Shown in pieces: positions 1 to 13,224 of a DNA stretch of 64,000 nt. Source of the DNA: Octopus vulgaris (taxonomy: Eukaryota); NCBI GenBank assembly GCA_951406725.2, contig OX597823.1, positions 61,876,001-61,940,000 of the forward strand, in the 5' to 3' direction. How positions within the stretch are numbered: the stretch's first letter is position 1; the number at the start of each line of letters is the position of its first letter. The notes under the pieces were generated by a model. The model did no database searches and had not been told where the DNA came from. It saw nothing but the letters and a program-made list of their open reading frames with translations. Made by a program: the position numbers and the translations under genes.

Positions 1-61
1 TTGTAAATATGGTATTAATTATATTCGTCCCTTTTATTGAATTGCTAAGTTACAAGGACGT

Positions 62-310
62 GGAGGCACATGGATTAGTAGTTAGAGTATCATCATCATG
101 ATTGTAAGATTGTGGTTTTGATTCCTGGACCAGGTGACGCATTGTGTTCTTGAGCAAAACACTTCATTTCACATTCCTCCAGTCCACTCAGCTGGCAAAA
201 ATGAGTTACGCTGCAATGGACTGGCGTCCCATCAAGCTGGGGAACACATACGCTACAGAAACTGGGAAACCAGGTGCATGAGCCTGGCTAGGCTTTAAAA
301 AAGGGTGCAT
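62..310 (+). mobile_element. tRNA-derived SINE (family also at ~15630-15870 minus, ~22080-22320, ~39785-40230)
   Basis: tRNA-like head with A-box-like TGGATTAGTAG and B-box-like GTTTTGATTCC; body (cttgagcaaaacacttcatttcac...ccactcagctggcaaaaatgag) recurs several times in the window. Confidence 0.75.
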
Positions 311-602
311 TTATTTTTTTTGTAAATTACAGGGACATAAGCAAACCAACACCATTTGTCAAGTGAGAGGGATCAAACACTAAGACACAAACACACATAC
401 ATTAACACATACACACACAGACACACACAAATACAACAGGTTTTGACATAGTTTCCATATGCTAAATTATCTCCTAACATATTGGTCAGATTGGGGCTAT
501 AGTAGAAGACACTTGCCTCAGGTTCCATACAGTGGGATTGAACCCAAAATTATATGATAGGAAAGATTCCTAAGTAAGATTCTTCCCCACCCAGTCATGC
601 TA

Positions 603-611
603 TTAATGATG

Positions 612-683
<72 letters not shown>
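603..683. repeat. (TAA)n microsatellite, target site of the adjacent LINE
   Basis: Direct reading; a second (TAA)n tract resumes at ~1722-1763 after the element. Confidence 0.95.
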
Positions 684-1538
684 GAACAACCCGAGGGAAG
701 TACGGCAACTATTGTTGCAAAGAAGGTGAAAATGATGGCAATGAAGAAAGCGCACGAGCAATTGGCTGATAGGTGGGAGGAGAAACCTCTGCACGGCAAA
801 TATGTGACCCGCAGCAAACAAGCTGATGTTGACCAGAAGCAAACCCATCAGTGGCTACGGAGCTCAGGGCTAAAAGCAGAGAGCGAAGGTTTCATCCTGG
901 CTGCTCAAGATCAAAGCCTATTAACCCGGAACTACTAGGCCAATGTGATGAAAAATGGAGCAGACCCAAAATGCCGATTCTGCAACGACATGATTGAAAC
1001 AGTGGACCACCTAATCTCTGGATGTAAAGTCTTAGCACCAGTGGAGTATAAATTAAGACATGACAGAGTTGGCCAATATCTCCACTGGCTAATAAGTCGG
1101 CATTACAATATCAAAACTGCCGACAAGTGGTATAATCACCACCCTGAGGCTGTAACTGAAGGAGAAAATGTAACCATTCTGTGGGACTTTCCAGTACATA
1201 CAGACCGAACCATCAAGGCCAATAAACCAGATATTGTTGTGAAAGACCAAAACAATAAAGTTTGCTTATTGATCGACATGAGCATCCCCTGTGATCATAA
1301 TATCTCAGCGAAAGAGTTTGACAAGCTCAGAAAATATAAAGACCTACTCATTGAAATTGAGAAAATGTGGCATCTCAAGGCGGTTACAATACCAGTGATC
1401 GTAGGAGCACTAGGAATGATCAAGAAGGGAACCGAAAATTATATGAGAATGATCCCTGGCTTACCATCCCTGCAAGAAGTGCAAAATATTGTCTTAACTG
1501 GTACATCACACATATTGAGGAGAGCATTTTCGATGTGA
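684..1538 (+). pseudogene. C-terminal part of the LINE ORF (RT thumb, Zn knuckle, RLE) with one in-frame TAG at 936-938
   Basis: ORFs 597..938 and 945..1538 are in the same frame separated by a single TAG; the poly-Ile N-terminus is just the TAA repeat. Confidence 0.85.
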
Positions 1539-1720
1539 GAACTGTTGCTGCTCATGTATTTTAATTTAACTTTAAAAAAAAAAAATTAAAAAAAAAAAAT
1601 TAACGAACTACTGAGTTTGGTTTAATGGCCTACCAATGTATACTATGAGTTTCTTTGCCCTAGGAATCGGGAAGACACTCGGCAAGAAATGGAAGCAAAT
1701 TTGAAAGAAGAAAAAAAAAA
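684..1720 (+). mobile_element. 5'-truncated RLE-type non-LTR retrotransposon, Dong/R4-like
   Basis: Encodes PLHGKY, WLRSSGLKAESEGFILAAQDQSL, CCHC knuckle CRFC..HLISGC, RHD, and PD..D restriction-like endonuclease (KPDIVV..LLIDMSIP..KLRKYKDL..PVIVGALG); 3' UTR ends in A-tract 1711-1720; (TAA)n on both sides, the known target of Dong elements. Confidence 0.9.
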
Positions 1721-1728
1721 GTAATAAC

Positions 1729-1764
<36 letters not shown>

Positions 1765-2007
1765 CTTTCTACTAAAGACACAATTTGGGGGGAGGAGCTA
1801 GTTGATTACATTAACCCCTGTGTTCTACTGGTACTTAATTTATTGACCCTGAAAGGATGAAAAGCAAAGTTCAACCTCAGCAGTGTTTGAGCTCAGAACG
1901 TAAAGTAAGAAGAAATGTTGTGAAGCTTTTTGTCTGCTGTGCAAGCAATTCTGTCAGCTCACCACATTAATAATAATAACAATAATAATAATGATAATAA
2001 CAATAAA

Positions 2008-2574
2008 TGCCCTGATGCAGTACCAGGCAGTGGTTCTCATGGCTTTTGATCTTAACTGATTGGAAGTGTTATCATATACATTGTTCTGTCTTGGTATAAA
2101 AGATGGGCTACAGCAAGTACTCTGTTCAATACCACAGATTTCCATGTCAGTTGCTTGACTTTTACCAAGTTGCTTCACTTTAACCAGTTTAGTGGCTAAA
2201 GATATGTGCATCTCAGATCAAGAGCAGAAGTATTGGGGAGAGCATCATAGTCATATGCTGAGAGGAATTCTTTAGAGTTTGAATAATTCACCTCTGGAAA
2301 CATGGGTGTTTTGTTCATCATCCTTAAAACAAACCTTATTCAGGGTGCTTTTGAGCAGGATGGGCTACTAAACCTGAAAAAAATTATAATTGAGTCCCAC
2401 CTGCAAGGTCATGTGTTGTTTATCTTGATATGAGATCACCATGTCACACACACGTATGGTTGTGATGCATGTGCCTGGTGTAACCTTATCAGATGGGTAG
2501 TCATGATGGAGATATTGGGCTTCGTATATGTGTACCCAAGTGTCACTTTGATTGCATGCGCTGCTCTTTCACTC
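2008..2574. mobile_element. ~570-bp non-coding interspersed element embedded in (TAA)n, copy 1
   Basis: Homologous end-to-end to 12314-12849 (tgccctgatgca...ctcactca); both copies are flanked by TAA repeats. Confidence 0.8.
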
Positions 2575-2593
2575 AATAATAATAATAATAATG

Positions 2594-2652
<59 letters not shown>

Positions 2653-2783
2653 CAATAATAATATATATATAATCAATATTTTATAATTACGAGTATAATT
2701 TTAATTAGGGTTCAGCAAAGAACTTTAGAAATAGCAGCCAAAGAACCTTAGCTATTTCTTCTACTATAAGAAGAGACTCCCGG

Positions 2784-2913
2784 ACATACATACATACATA
2801 CATACATACATGCATACATACATATATATATATGTGTATATATAGATATATACATACATACATACATACATATATATATACATATAAATATATATATATA
2901 CATACATATATAC

Positions 2914-2978
<65 letters not shown>

Positions 2979-3000
2979 TATATATATATTATATATATAC

Positions 3001-3037
<37 letters not shown>

Positions 3038-3062
3038 TATATGCATGCATGTATGTATGCAT

Positions 3063-3113
<51 letters not shown>
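2784..3113. repeat. Compound (CATA)n/(TA)n/(GA)n microsatellite (representative of dozens in the window)
   Basis: Direct reading. Confidence 0.95.
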
Positions 3114-3115
<2 letters not shown>

Positions 3116-4058
3116 AGCAATGGTAAAGGCTTTTGTTGATAGTTGTTGTTGTAGTAGAAACAATAGAGGTAGCTACAGAAACAGCTACAAACCAAGAGCA
3201 GTAACAACAGGCCTGTTTGCCGAAGTATCTTATCTGAAAGAATACTGGCTGGTGCTATTCAAAAGTTGTAGGTGTTTCTGGAGCCATTTATGGAGGAGAA
3301 AGTTTAGCTGAAACTAGCATCAATAAGTAGGTTACTTAGAGAGTCTATTAGCATAAGAGAAAATGACAAAGCGAGAGGAATCATTGGCTAGAACTCAATC
3401 ATTGGAAGATTAATCGTGTAAACTAGTTTTGTCAGAATGATATTAGTTTCAATTACCCTCACACAGATGCTGTCAAAAAGTTGGCATTGCTTTTCTTTTA
3501 AGCTTTCCTGCCATATGCCGATTGTTAAGTGACTCTGTGCTTTTAGTCTACATCCTTGGTCTACATGATAAGACTAATGGTATCTCTGTCTTACTGTTCA
3601 GATGTGTACTATAAAACCTTATAAAATCAACTACAAGTTTTTTTGTTTTTTTTCCTACCCCCTTTTCAGTTTCACTTTAAATGTATTGAATGTATTTAAT
3701 TTATAATTTTCTCGACTGAGACATATAGACTTTAAGGCTACATAGTACTATATGCAGCAACTCTTTTATAAATTTAGAAGTTGTTGTTGCTAATGTTGTC
3801 AAATAGATTAACACCGGTCAATTCTATTTCAGCTGAATTCTATTGCCTAGAGCCATTTGATTACGAAAACACACACACATAAGCATTGGATCGATGTTTT
3901 TAGCACAGACATTGATGTTGTATGTGGGTAGAGTGCTTGACTTCCTTAGATTATTCACATTCTTCTAGATATCAGTAAATAAACCTTTTTGATAACATGT
4001 CTGAGACTGTTTCTGGTTCCATGATACAAAACTTCTCCTCTTTAAATTTAACCAGCAA

Positions 4059-4207
4059 TTCCATTGCTTTGAGTTATTAACACTGCTTTGACCAGAAATG
4101 CCATCAGTTTGAAAGCAAGCTTTTATAAAAATATTATGTTCCATCTCTAGATTCTATTATATTTGGAAAATAAAATGTATTTTAATGAACACTGATTTAT
4201 AATCATT
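4059..4207. repeat. 149-bp local duplication, copy 1 (copy 2 at 5498-5646)
   Basis: ttccattgctttgagttat...ctgatttataatcatt present twice with few substitutions. Confidence 0.9.
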
Positions 4208-4553
4208 ACAATCTCATGGAAGAATTTATTGTTATGTTCCAAACACCACTTTAATAAATGTTTCTTATGTAGAAGGTTTGAAATTTAGGGGATCTTTTAT
4301 TTGTTTCAGTCTTTGGACTGCAGCCATTCTGGGACACCACCTTGAAGAAATTTCAGTCAACAGAATTGGACCCAGCACTATCTTTTTTTATTTTTTTTTT
4401 ATTTTTTCAGGCCTAGCAACTATTCTATCTGTCTCTTTTTGGCAATATCCTAAGTTACAGGGACGTAAACAGTTATCAAGCACACTGGTGGGGGATAAAC
4501 ACAGACACAAAGACACACACAGACATGCACATCCAAACACATGCATGCGCATG

Positions 4554-4596
<43 letters not shown>

Positions 4597-6251
4597 CAAG
4601 CTTCTTTCAGATTCCATCTACCAAATCCTCTCACAAGGCTTTAGTCAGCCTGAGGATATAGAAGAAGGCACTTGCCCAAGTTGTCATGCAGTGGGACTGA
4701 ACCCAGAACCATGTGGTTGAGAAAGCAACTTCTTACCATACAGCCATACCTGCACCTAAGGTGGGAATAATCAATAAGTGTATCAACCCCAGTAATTGAC
4801 TAATACTTAATTTTATCAACCTCAGACAGGTGAAGTTGACCTCAGATAAATACTACAAGGCATTTTGCTCAATGCTCTAACAACTCTGCCAGCCCACTGG
4901 CTTGTACCAATTTAATAGTGACATCATCACCATTATCACTTAATGTCTGTTTTCCTTGTTGGCATGGGTTGGACATTTTTAATAGGAGCTTGTAAGACAA
5001 AGACTTGCACCAGGTTCCATAGTTTGTTTTACCTTGGATTTTCTACCACTGTGTGGCCTTCCTAATGCCAACCACTTTACAAAGTGCACATGTTGCTTTT
5101 TATGTGGCACCAGTATCAATGCTTTTCACATGGTTCCAGCACCAGTGCTTTTTGTGTGGCACCAGCACAGTTAGCTATTTTACTAAACTTCTTCAAATTC
5201 ATTGTTATTTTAAAAACCAGCAAAAACATGTATCCAGGCTATTTAATTCAAAATACACTCACAAAAGGTTATTGAATTTTAAAAAAGGCCTAAAATTCAG
5301 CAGTGCATGACTAACATATAGGAAACAAGAAATACCCTCTGCATTTGCTAGACCTCACACCACTAGACTATTTTTACAGGGATACTTAAAAGATAAAGCT
5401 GGTTGTGCAAAAGCAGCAATGGTCAATGTGAATTGATGGCAGGTATTGAATGAGAATGTGCACAAATATTGTATGAAGTATTTCTTGTTATTTGTGGTTC
5501 CATTGCTTTGAGTTATCAACACTGCTTTGACCAGAAATGGCATCAGTTTGAAAGCAAGCTTTTATAAAAATATTATGTTCCATCTCTAGATTCTATTATA
5601 TTTGGAAAATGAAAATTATTTCAATGAACACTGATTTATAATCATTCAATGTGTGTATACATTTTTTTGGGACACCCTACATATATATATATACATATAC
5701 ACACACATACACAGACATACATACATACAAAACATAAAATGAAACATACAAATCTGCTCATATACATACATACATACATACATACATACATACATACATA
5801 CATACATACATACACACATACATATATGTATGTATATAAATGTGTGTGGATATGGTTGTGTCATAGGTGTATGACTGAATTTTCTCTCCCTTATACCAAT
5901 ATCCACTTTGCATTTTACATCTTAAGAGAATGATGAAAGAAAACCTACAACATCCCATAGAATCCCCTTCTTTTTAATGTCATTAGATTATTGATTCAAT
6001 CCCAGAGTTTATGGCATAAAGGGTTATTTCTCACTGCATTTGAAGATGAATGAATTATCATGACAGATTCAAAGAGTAAAATGTGTGAAAAAATAAATAC
6101 ATAAATAAATAAATATTGAAATAATTTTGTTTATGGTTGCAAGTAAAATGAGAATTATTTGATCTGCCAAATGTTTGATGCTTATTCCTTGTGGTGGAAA
6201 TCTTATGATTTCAAATAAAGGAAGAATTATATGGTCTTAGAAACACAGACA

Positions 6252-6459
6252 TTCTTCCCATTACAAAAGTACTGTGTTCCTGAAAATTTTGCCATAATAT
6301 GAAATTCCATAATGTAAAACCTCTATTCCCATCGATTTCTATGTTATAGAACTTCCACTCTGTGTGACATAAAAGTCATTGGAAGAATAAGTTTTGCATC
6401 ATAGAATTTCATATTACAGCAAGATTTTCAGAAACATAAGGCTCCCATAGTGAAGGGAA
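6252..6459. mobile_element. Old palindromic MITE/foldback
   Basis: Left arm tgttcctgaaaattttgccataatatgaaattccataatgtaaaac matches the reverse complement of the right arm gttttgcatcatagaatttcatattacagcaagattttcagaaaca. Confidence 0.7.
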
Positions 6460-8249
6460 GTTCCAGTAATATGATCCTGTTCCTTGTGAGACCATCTTAA
6501 TAGTATTGTATGTCCTTGAGCAAAGTAATTTACTGGGACCACTAAATACACAAATGCAGCAATCATAGATTAACAATAGGCCCCCTAAAATCCATAGGGC
6601 CTCTAGTGTGCCCATCCAGTGTGCCCATCCTTGCAGTTGAAATTTTCCTGCTCCCTTTTTTTTAGGTTCATTCTATCTGTCTGTACAGAAGAGAGTCATT
6701 CCTGCAATAAGTATTGGTTTCATCTTCGTCCACAAAAAAAAACAAAACATGCATGTAGATTTATAACATAACTTTTTAAATACATACAAAGTAGATAAAT
6801 CTTGATAGAATTATTAGAGTTCCACAAAAAATGCTGTATCTGAGTTGGAAACTTACTCTGTTGCCTGGTTTTGTACCACCCTTGGTTGCCTTTAGCAGAC
6901 ACCACTCTTCAAGCACTTAGGTTAGAAACCTGGTTGGATAATAGCTTCTTCCCTTCCTTCAAATAATCTTAAGGACGTTGGAAAGGGTTTTGACACTGAC
7001 CTCTCTCCTGACTAAGCAATGAAATAAAATACTGGGAGTTTAAGATAAACCCCACCCTTTTTTGAAGGAGGATATTTTTTTAAAGGTTAAGATATCATTT
7101 TGTATGCAAGCATAGAAAGTATTTCAATATTTCTCCCAAGGTTTTGGTTGTTGTTGTTGATTAACCCAAAGCTTTGTCGTAATCAAGACATTCCAACCAT
7201 GACTACTCATTTTATTCAAATGGTGTGTCCAAAATAACATTACTCAATGTGTCATTCCTTGTTTTTAAATGTTAATATTCTACCTATTTTATATTCAAAA
7301 TGGCCAGATCCGGCTGCTCGCACCTAACATACAATGTCATTCTAAAACTAAACAATTACATCATTAAAATCTTGTAGCTAAAAGATAATGCTTAATTAAT
7401 TGAAAATAATGTGAATAAATGAACATTACATTTGACATAGTTATCTGAGTTCTAAAGGGCTAGAGAGGATTTTAATTCATTTTAGATGTTATCTCTAGCA
7501 GATCAAAAAAACCATCCTCATTGGCTTGATATGTTTTAAGAAAGTGGCACTGGGTTCTGCTACTGGCTGTATCACATGGGTACCAAGGCAGGGAAATGAC
7601 ACAGTTGTAAGAGTGTTGGATAGAATACGTTGTGATATTTGTTCCATTTAACAGCATTCTGAGTTCAAATCACACCAAGGTAAACGTTGCCTTTCATGTT
7701 TTTGGGAGTTGGTAACAAAAAAGCAGTAGCAATCAAGAGTTATGGGTTGCCAGAACTATTAGTGGAGTGGTCAGACAGCAATACCTTCTAATGTCCTGGG
7801 GCCAAATTATATTGACCCAAGTCAGTAGTCTTTCCTTTGGATAATCATCAGTGGCAGAGAGAAAGGAGATTTGCATGTTTGGGCAACTGCAAGTCTGCCT
7901 TAAAAAATCTTGCTCAAGCTTGCATATACATGCACAAATTCATGATAAACGTTGACCATTGGAGGCCTTACATAAGGATACCAATAAATAAAGTTAACAG
8001 AGTAAAGTTCATCCATTCATTATGCTTACACATCAGTCTTCATCAAGGAAGGTTTTAGCCAATTCTTGTCAGTAAATCCCACAGTACTGCAAATAGAAGC
8101 CAATTGAGCTCACTGATTATATCTGATATCAAGAACACCAATTAATTATGATTCTATCAAGGTATCATATATGAAGAAGGAACAGATATCAGCACAAGAT
8201 ATAACTTGATTGTGCTTTAGCTATTACTGTTGTAATAGTTGAACTTCAA

Positions 8250-8636
8250 AGGAGGCGAGCTGGCAGAAACGTTAGCACGCTGGGCGAAATGCTTAGCGGT
8301 ATTGCGTCTGCTGTTACGTTCTGAGTTCAAATTCCACCACGGTCGACTTTGCTTTTCATCCTTTTGGGGTCGATTAAATAAGTACCAGTTACGCACTGGG
8401 GTCGATATAATCAACTTAATCCGTGTGTCTGTCCTTGTTTGTCCCCTTTGAGTTTAGCCCCTTGTGGGTAGTAAAGAAATAGGTATTTTGTCTGTCTTTA
8501 CATTCTGAGTTCAAATTCCACCGAGGTCAACTTTGCCTTTCATCTTTTCAGGTCAAGCACCAGTTGCGTACTGGGGTTGATCTAATCAACTGGACCCTCC
8601 CCAAAAATGTCGGGCCTTGTGCCTAGAGTAGAAAAA
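8250..8636 (+). mobile_element. tRNA-derived SINE (second family; also 11067-11298, 36778-37230, many minus-strand copies at ~51030-51760)
   Basis: ggcgagctggcagaaacgttagcacg...gagttcaaattcc (B box)...actttgcctttcatcc repeated throughout. Confidence 0.8.
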
Positions 8637-9560
8637 AATAGTTGAACTTCATATTGAAGCTAACAAAATACTCACCTTAACAGTTATATCACTGATTACC
8701 ACAGTTAGCTGCACCATATTATGGTCCCTAGTTATTTATTGCTAACAGAGTTTATTTTGCTAAACTTCTTCAAATTCTTTGTTATCGTAAAAAATAAATA
8801 AAATGTGTACACAAATTATTTCATCAAAAATATCATTAAATAACATTATTGAATTTAAAAAGAGGCATTGTAGTTCATTGACATAGTGTACTACAAGAGA
8901 TATGATACGACAGCTAATTCTTTAGTAATCTTCCACCACTCAATCAAGTCAGCCAATAGCAGCTCACAAACTTCAAAAACTATTTCAAAACTTCCCTGGT
9001 TAAAGACAAAAAATAAAGATATATTTTGTATTCTATCTCAAACAAAGGCAACAAACTGGCAGACTTGTTAATGCATTAGATAAACTACCTCATGGTATTT
9101 CTTCTGGCTTTCTGCCCTCTCAGCTCTAATACTGCCAAGGTCAACTTTGCTTTTTGCTCTTTCACTATCAATAAAAGCATATCAAGCTACAATGATGAGT
9201 TGGTGAAACACTTAGAGTGCCAGATAAGATGGCTTGCAGTATCTTTTCCAGTACTTTTGTGTTCTAACAGCAGTATCTATGGTGGCTCTGGTGCCAAGCT
9301 GAATCAACTCTTGGACAACATCAGTGGGATGGAAGTAGAAGACTTGCATGTATGCACAGCCAAATGCAAGTCTTCAACTAAAATCCGTTCCCTGGATTGA
9401 ACATACAAATGTAGATATATGGTCAATTATGACTGACAGAAGCTCCTAAAGGCCAAACTAATTTGGGTTTTCATTTATGCTTGGACAAGACACTAGATTT
9501 ATTGGAAGCTTTTTTTCTTAATAATAAGATGTTTAATTAGAAATTAGATATTTTTTATGA

Positions 9561-9826
9561 TACCTGTGCCAGTGGCACGTAAAAAGCACCAACCGATCGT
9601 GGCTGTTGCCAGCTACCCCTGGGACCTGTGCTTGAGGCACGTAAAAAGCACCCACTACACTCACGGAGTGGTTGGCATTAGGAAGGGCATCCAGCTATAG
9701 AAACACTGCCAGATCAGACTGGAGCCTGGTGCAGCCTCCTGGCTTCCCAGATCCCGGTTGAACCGTCCAACCCATGCTAGCATGGAAAACGGACGTTTAA
9801 ACGATGATGATGATGATGATGATGAT
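9561..9826 (+). mobile_element. 3' tail of an RTE-type LINE ending in (GAT)n (many other copies, e.g. 15330-15558, 34640-34770, 41640-42035, 56120-56300, 62135-62285)
   Basis: gttggcattaggaagggcatccagc...ccaacccatgctagcatggaaaacggacgtt + (GAT)n; the same sequence lies downstream of the RTE ORF fragment at 43.0-43.3 kb. Confidence 0.75.
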
Positions 9827-10313
9827 TCTATATTTGAAGAAACAATCTTGGATTATCACTGAATTCCTACAAGAGATACTTCATGAAGATGTTTAACCTT
9901 ATAGAAATACCAGTCAAACTCCTGTAAATCAAACCTTACTGTTTTAAAAAAATGATTTATTATTAAAAAAACAAGGTCCCTGATCTATGAAAATACCTAA
10001 TGGTTATAGTTGAAATGTAGTGGATTATAGGTTCACTCAGTCAGGATTGACCTGAGGCTAACAAACAAGAACAAGAACAGTAACAATGACAACAATGGCA
10101 GCAACAGCAACAGTAATAACAATAACAACATTATTTATTAGTTTGAATGCTCTAAAAAACATCCTGTTAGCTCATTGATGTTTGCATTTTCTCATAAGCA
10201 TAACAAATAAATACAAACATCTTATCAGTGTTTTCTCAAGGACTGACTACATGAATAAAACACATGCACCTGCATGCACATGTATACACACAGACACACA
10301 GAGACACACACAC

Positions 10314-10358
<45 letters not shown>

Positions 10359-12275
10359 TACATACATACATACATACATACATACATACATACGTACATA
10401 CATACATACATACATACATACATACATACATACATACATACATGTACAAGAAAAAAAAAACAACTTGTTTGCTCTACAATACCAAAGAAATGAATGCTTA
10501 AAAGCTTTAATGTATCATAAGAAAAAAATAATCTAACTGAGTCAGCTAAATTTTCGAAATAAATAAATACATTAATGTTCTTCTAAAACCCAATCCTTAA
10601 AATTTCCTAATTTCTGACTATTTTCTTACATATACTCACTTGCAGAGATAGGTATGAACAATTTAGAGTTAATTTGTATTTTACATACCAAATTTATTAC
10701 TTGCTATCTTAGTTGTACATAGGTTTTTTTTTGTTTTGTTTTTATTTCTTATTTCATTTTTTATTTCATTTTGTTAACCAAGCCACATAACTTCATTGAA
10801 ATACAGCAGTCAGTATACCTGCTGTCTCTTCTCTAAAGATACTAACTATCCTCCATTTTTTCTCTTCTTTTTTTGAGACCAGATTTTTATATGTAGATTT
10901 AAATTTTATGTTTCTTTTCTCTCTTTCAACTTGGGAAACAATGCTTAGCATTATTCATTATATTTTAATGCACAACTAATCTCTATTGTGGGCAAATCAA
11001 CAAGTAACAACAGTTAAGATTATGACAGTGATAAAAGTAATAACAATAATAATCCTTTCTATTATAAGGTGGTGAGCTGGCAGAATCATTAGCACGCCAG
11101 GCGAAATGCTTAGCGGTATTTTGTCTGTCTTTACGTTCTGAGTTCAAATTCCGCCGGGGTCGACTTTGCCTTTCATCCTTTCAGAGTCAATTAAATAAGT
11201 ACCAGTTACGCACTGGGGTCAATGTAATCAACTTAATCCCTTTGCTTGTCCGTGTTTGTCCCCTCTAAGTTTAGCCCCTTGTGGGTAGTAAAGAAATAAA
11301 TAATAATCCTTTCTACTATAGGCACAAGAGCCAGAAAAGTTGGGAAAGGAGGTGGGGGCTAATTGATTACATCGACCCCAGTACTCAACTAGTACTTATT
11401 TCATCGACCCTGAAAGGATAAAAAGCAAAGTTGACCATGGCAGAAATTGAACTCAGAACATAAAGATGAATGAAATGCTGCTAACTATTTTGTCTAGGGT
11501 GCTAATGATTCTATCCACTCATCACCTTATCTATCTTATAATAATCCTTTCTATTAATAGGCACAAGGCTTGAAATTTTGGAGGAGGAGATAAAATAATT
11601 ACATTGACCTTCAGTCACTAGCATAGCTAGAGTGTGCTGCCCAGAGCAGCCCTTCTATTTGCCACCCCACGACCCCACAAAAAAACACATTGCCTACAGC
11701 AGACCCAACAGTGCTGCCCCTTTAAAAGTGCTGTCCAGGGCAGACTGCTCTTACTGTCCCCACCTCTGCAAAGTGTTTTGTACAACTCACTAATGATTCA
11801 ATCAGCTCATAGCATGATCATTATCATCATTTTCGTCATCCTCCTCCTTTAACGCCTGTTTTTTTTCATGCTGGTATGGATTGGACAGTTTGACCAGAGC
11901 TGGCAGGCTGGAGAGCTGCACCAGATTCCAGTCTGATTTGGCTTGGTTTCTACAGCTGGATGCCTTTCCTAATGCCAACCACTTTACAAAATTTGCCAGG
12001 TGCCTTTAACATGGCACCATGATTGCTTTTGCATAGTACCGATATGAGTGTTTTTTATGTGGTACTGGCACAGGACTTTTGCAGGCCAATCCTTTTTCAC
12101 CAGGGTGAATGACCTTAATGCTTCTGCTGTGGAGGGCAGGTCTTCTTAAGTACAGCAAGGCACCAGATATCTTGATGCTTTGTCATCTTGTCTGAGAGGT
12201 TCAGCATTCAGATGTCATCCTTCAGCAGCCTTGATGATGATGATGATAATAATAATAATAGTAATAATAATAATG

Positions 12276-12313
<38 letters not shown>

Positions 12314-12849
12314 TGCCCTGATGCATTACCAGGCAGTGGCTCTCATGGCTTCTGACCTTAACTGATTGGAAGTGTTATCATGTACATTGTTTTGTCTTGG
12401 TATAAAAGATGGGCTAGAGCAAATATTCTGCTCAATACCACAGATTTGCTTGTCAATTGCTTGACCTTAACCAAGTGAGCATGTCCCTTAGTGGCTGATA
12501 TGTGCATTTCTGATCATGGGCAGAAGTAGTCAGGAAGAGCAACATAGCCACATATTGAGAGGAATTCTTTGGGGTTTGGATAATTCACCTTTGGAAACAT
12601 GGGTGTTTTGTTCAACATCTTTAAACAACCCTTATTCAGGGACCTTTTGAGCGGGATGGGTTGCTCGACAAGGCCCCACCTGCAAGGTCATGTGCAGTTT
12701 ATCTTGATATGAGATCACCATGTTGTGCACATATGGTTGTGATGCATGTGCCTGGTGTACCCTTATCAGATGGGTAGTCATGATGGAGATATTGGGCTTG
12801 TATATTTTGTCCCAGTGTCACTTTGATGGTATGCACAGCTCTCTCACTC
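12314..12849. mobile_element. ~540-bp non-coding element embedded in (TAA)n, copy 2
   Basis: Homologous to 2008-2574 with a short internal deletion; TAA repeats on both flanks. Confidence 0.8.
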
Positions 12850-13224
12850 AGTAATAATAATAATAATCCTTTCTACTATAGTCACAAGTCAAATCAAACC
12901 CTTGGCTACGGTGTTAGTTTATTAGTTAGTAATCCTTTTTTTTTTTTTTTTACAGAGAAAACCATTTTCTTTTATATAACTACTCTCTACAATTATTGAA
13001 CATGAAACCTCATTTGATGTAACACTACCCAGGCACATTAATATTGTTTCTACTATAGGCACAAGGCTTGAAATTTTGGGAGAGAGGGTTAGTCAATTAC
13101 ATCGACTCCAGTGCTTGATTGGTACTTATTTTATCAACTCTGAAAAAATGGAAGACAAAGTGATGGAATTTGAACTCAGAAGAAATGTCACTATACATTT
13201 TGTCCAGCATTATAAGGATTCTGT

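Noticed and set aside
936-938. In-frame TAG as programmed readthrough
   Set aside because: More simply a CAG>TAG mutation in a dead 5'-truncated copy
1367-1564. Overlapping 65-aa ORF conserved in both Dong copies
   Set aside because: Conservation follows from near identity of the copies; alternative frame with non-ATG start
2705-3311. Many 60-170 aa ORFs rich in YI/CV/HT/RE/poly-I (also ~10.2, 29.5, 33, 38.5, 42.1, 63.5 kb)
   Set aside because: Translations of (TA)n, (CA)n, (CATA)n, (GA)n and (TAA)n microsatellites
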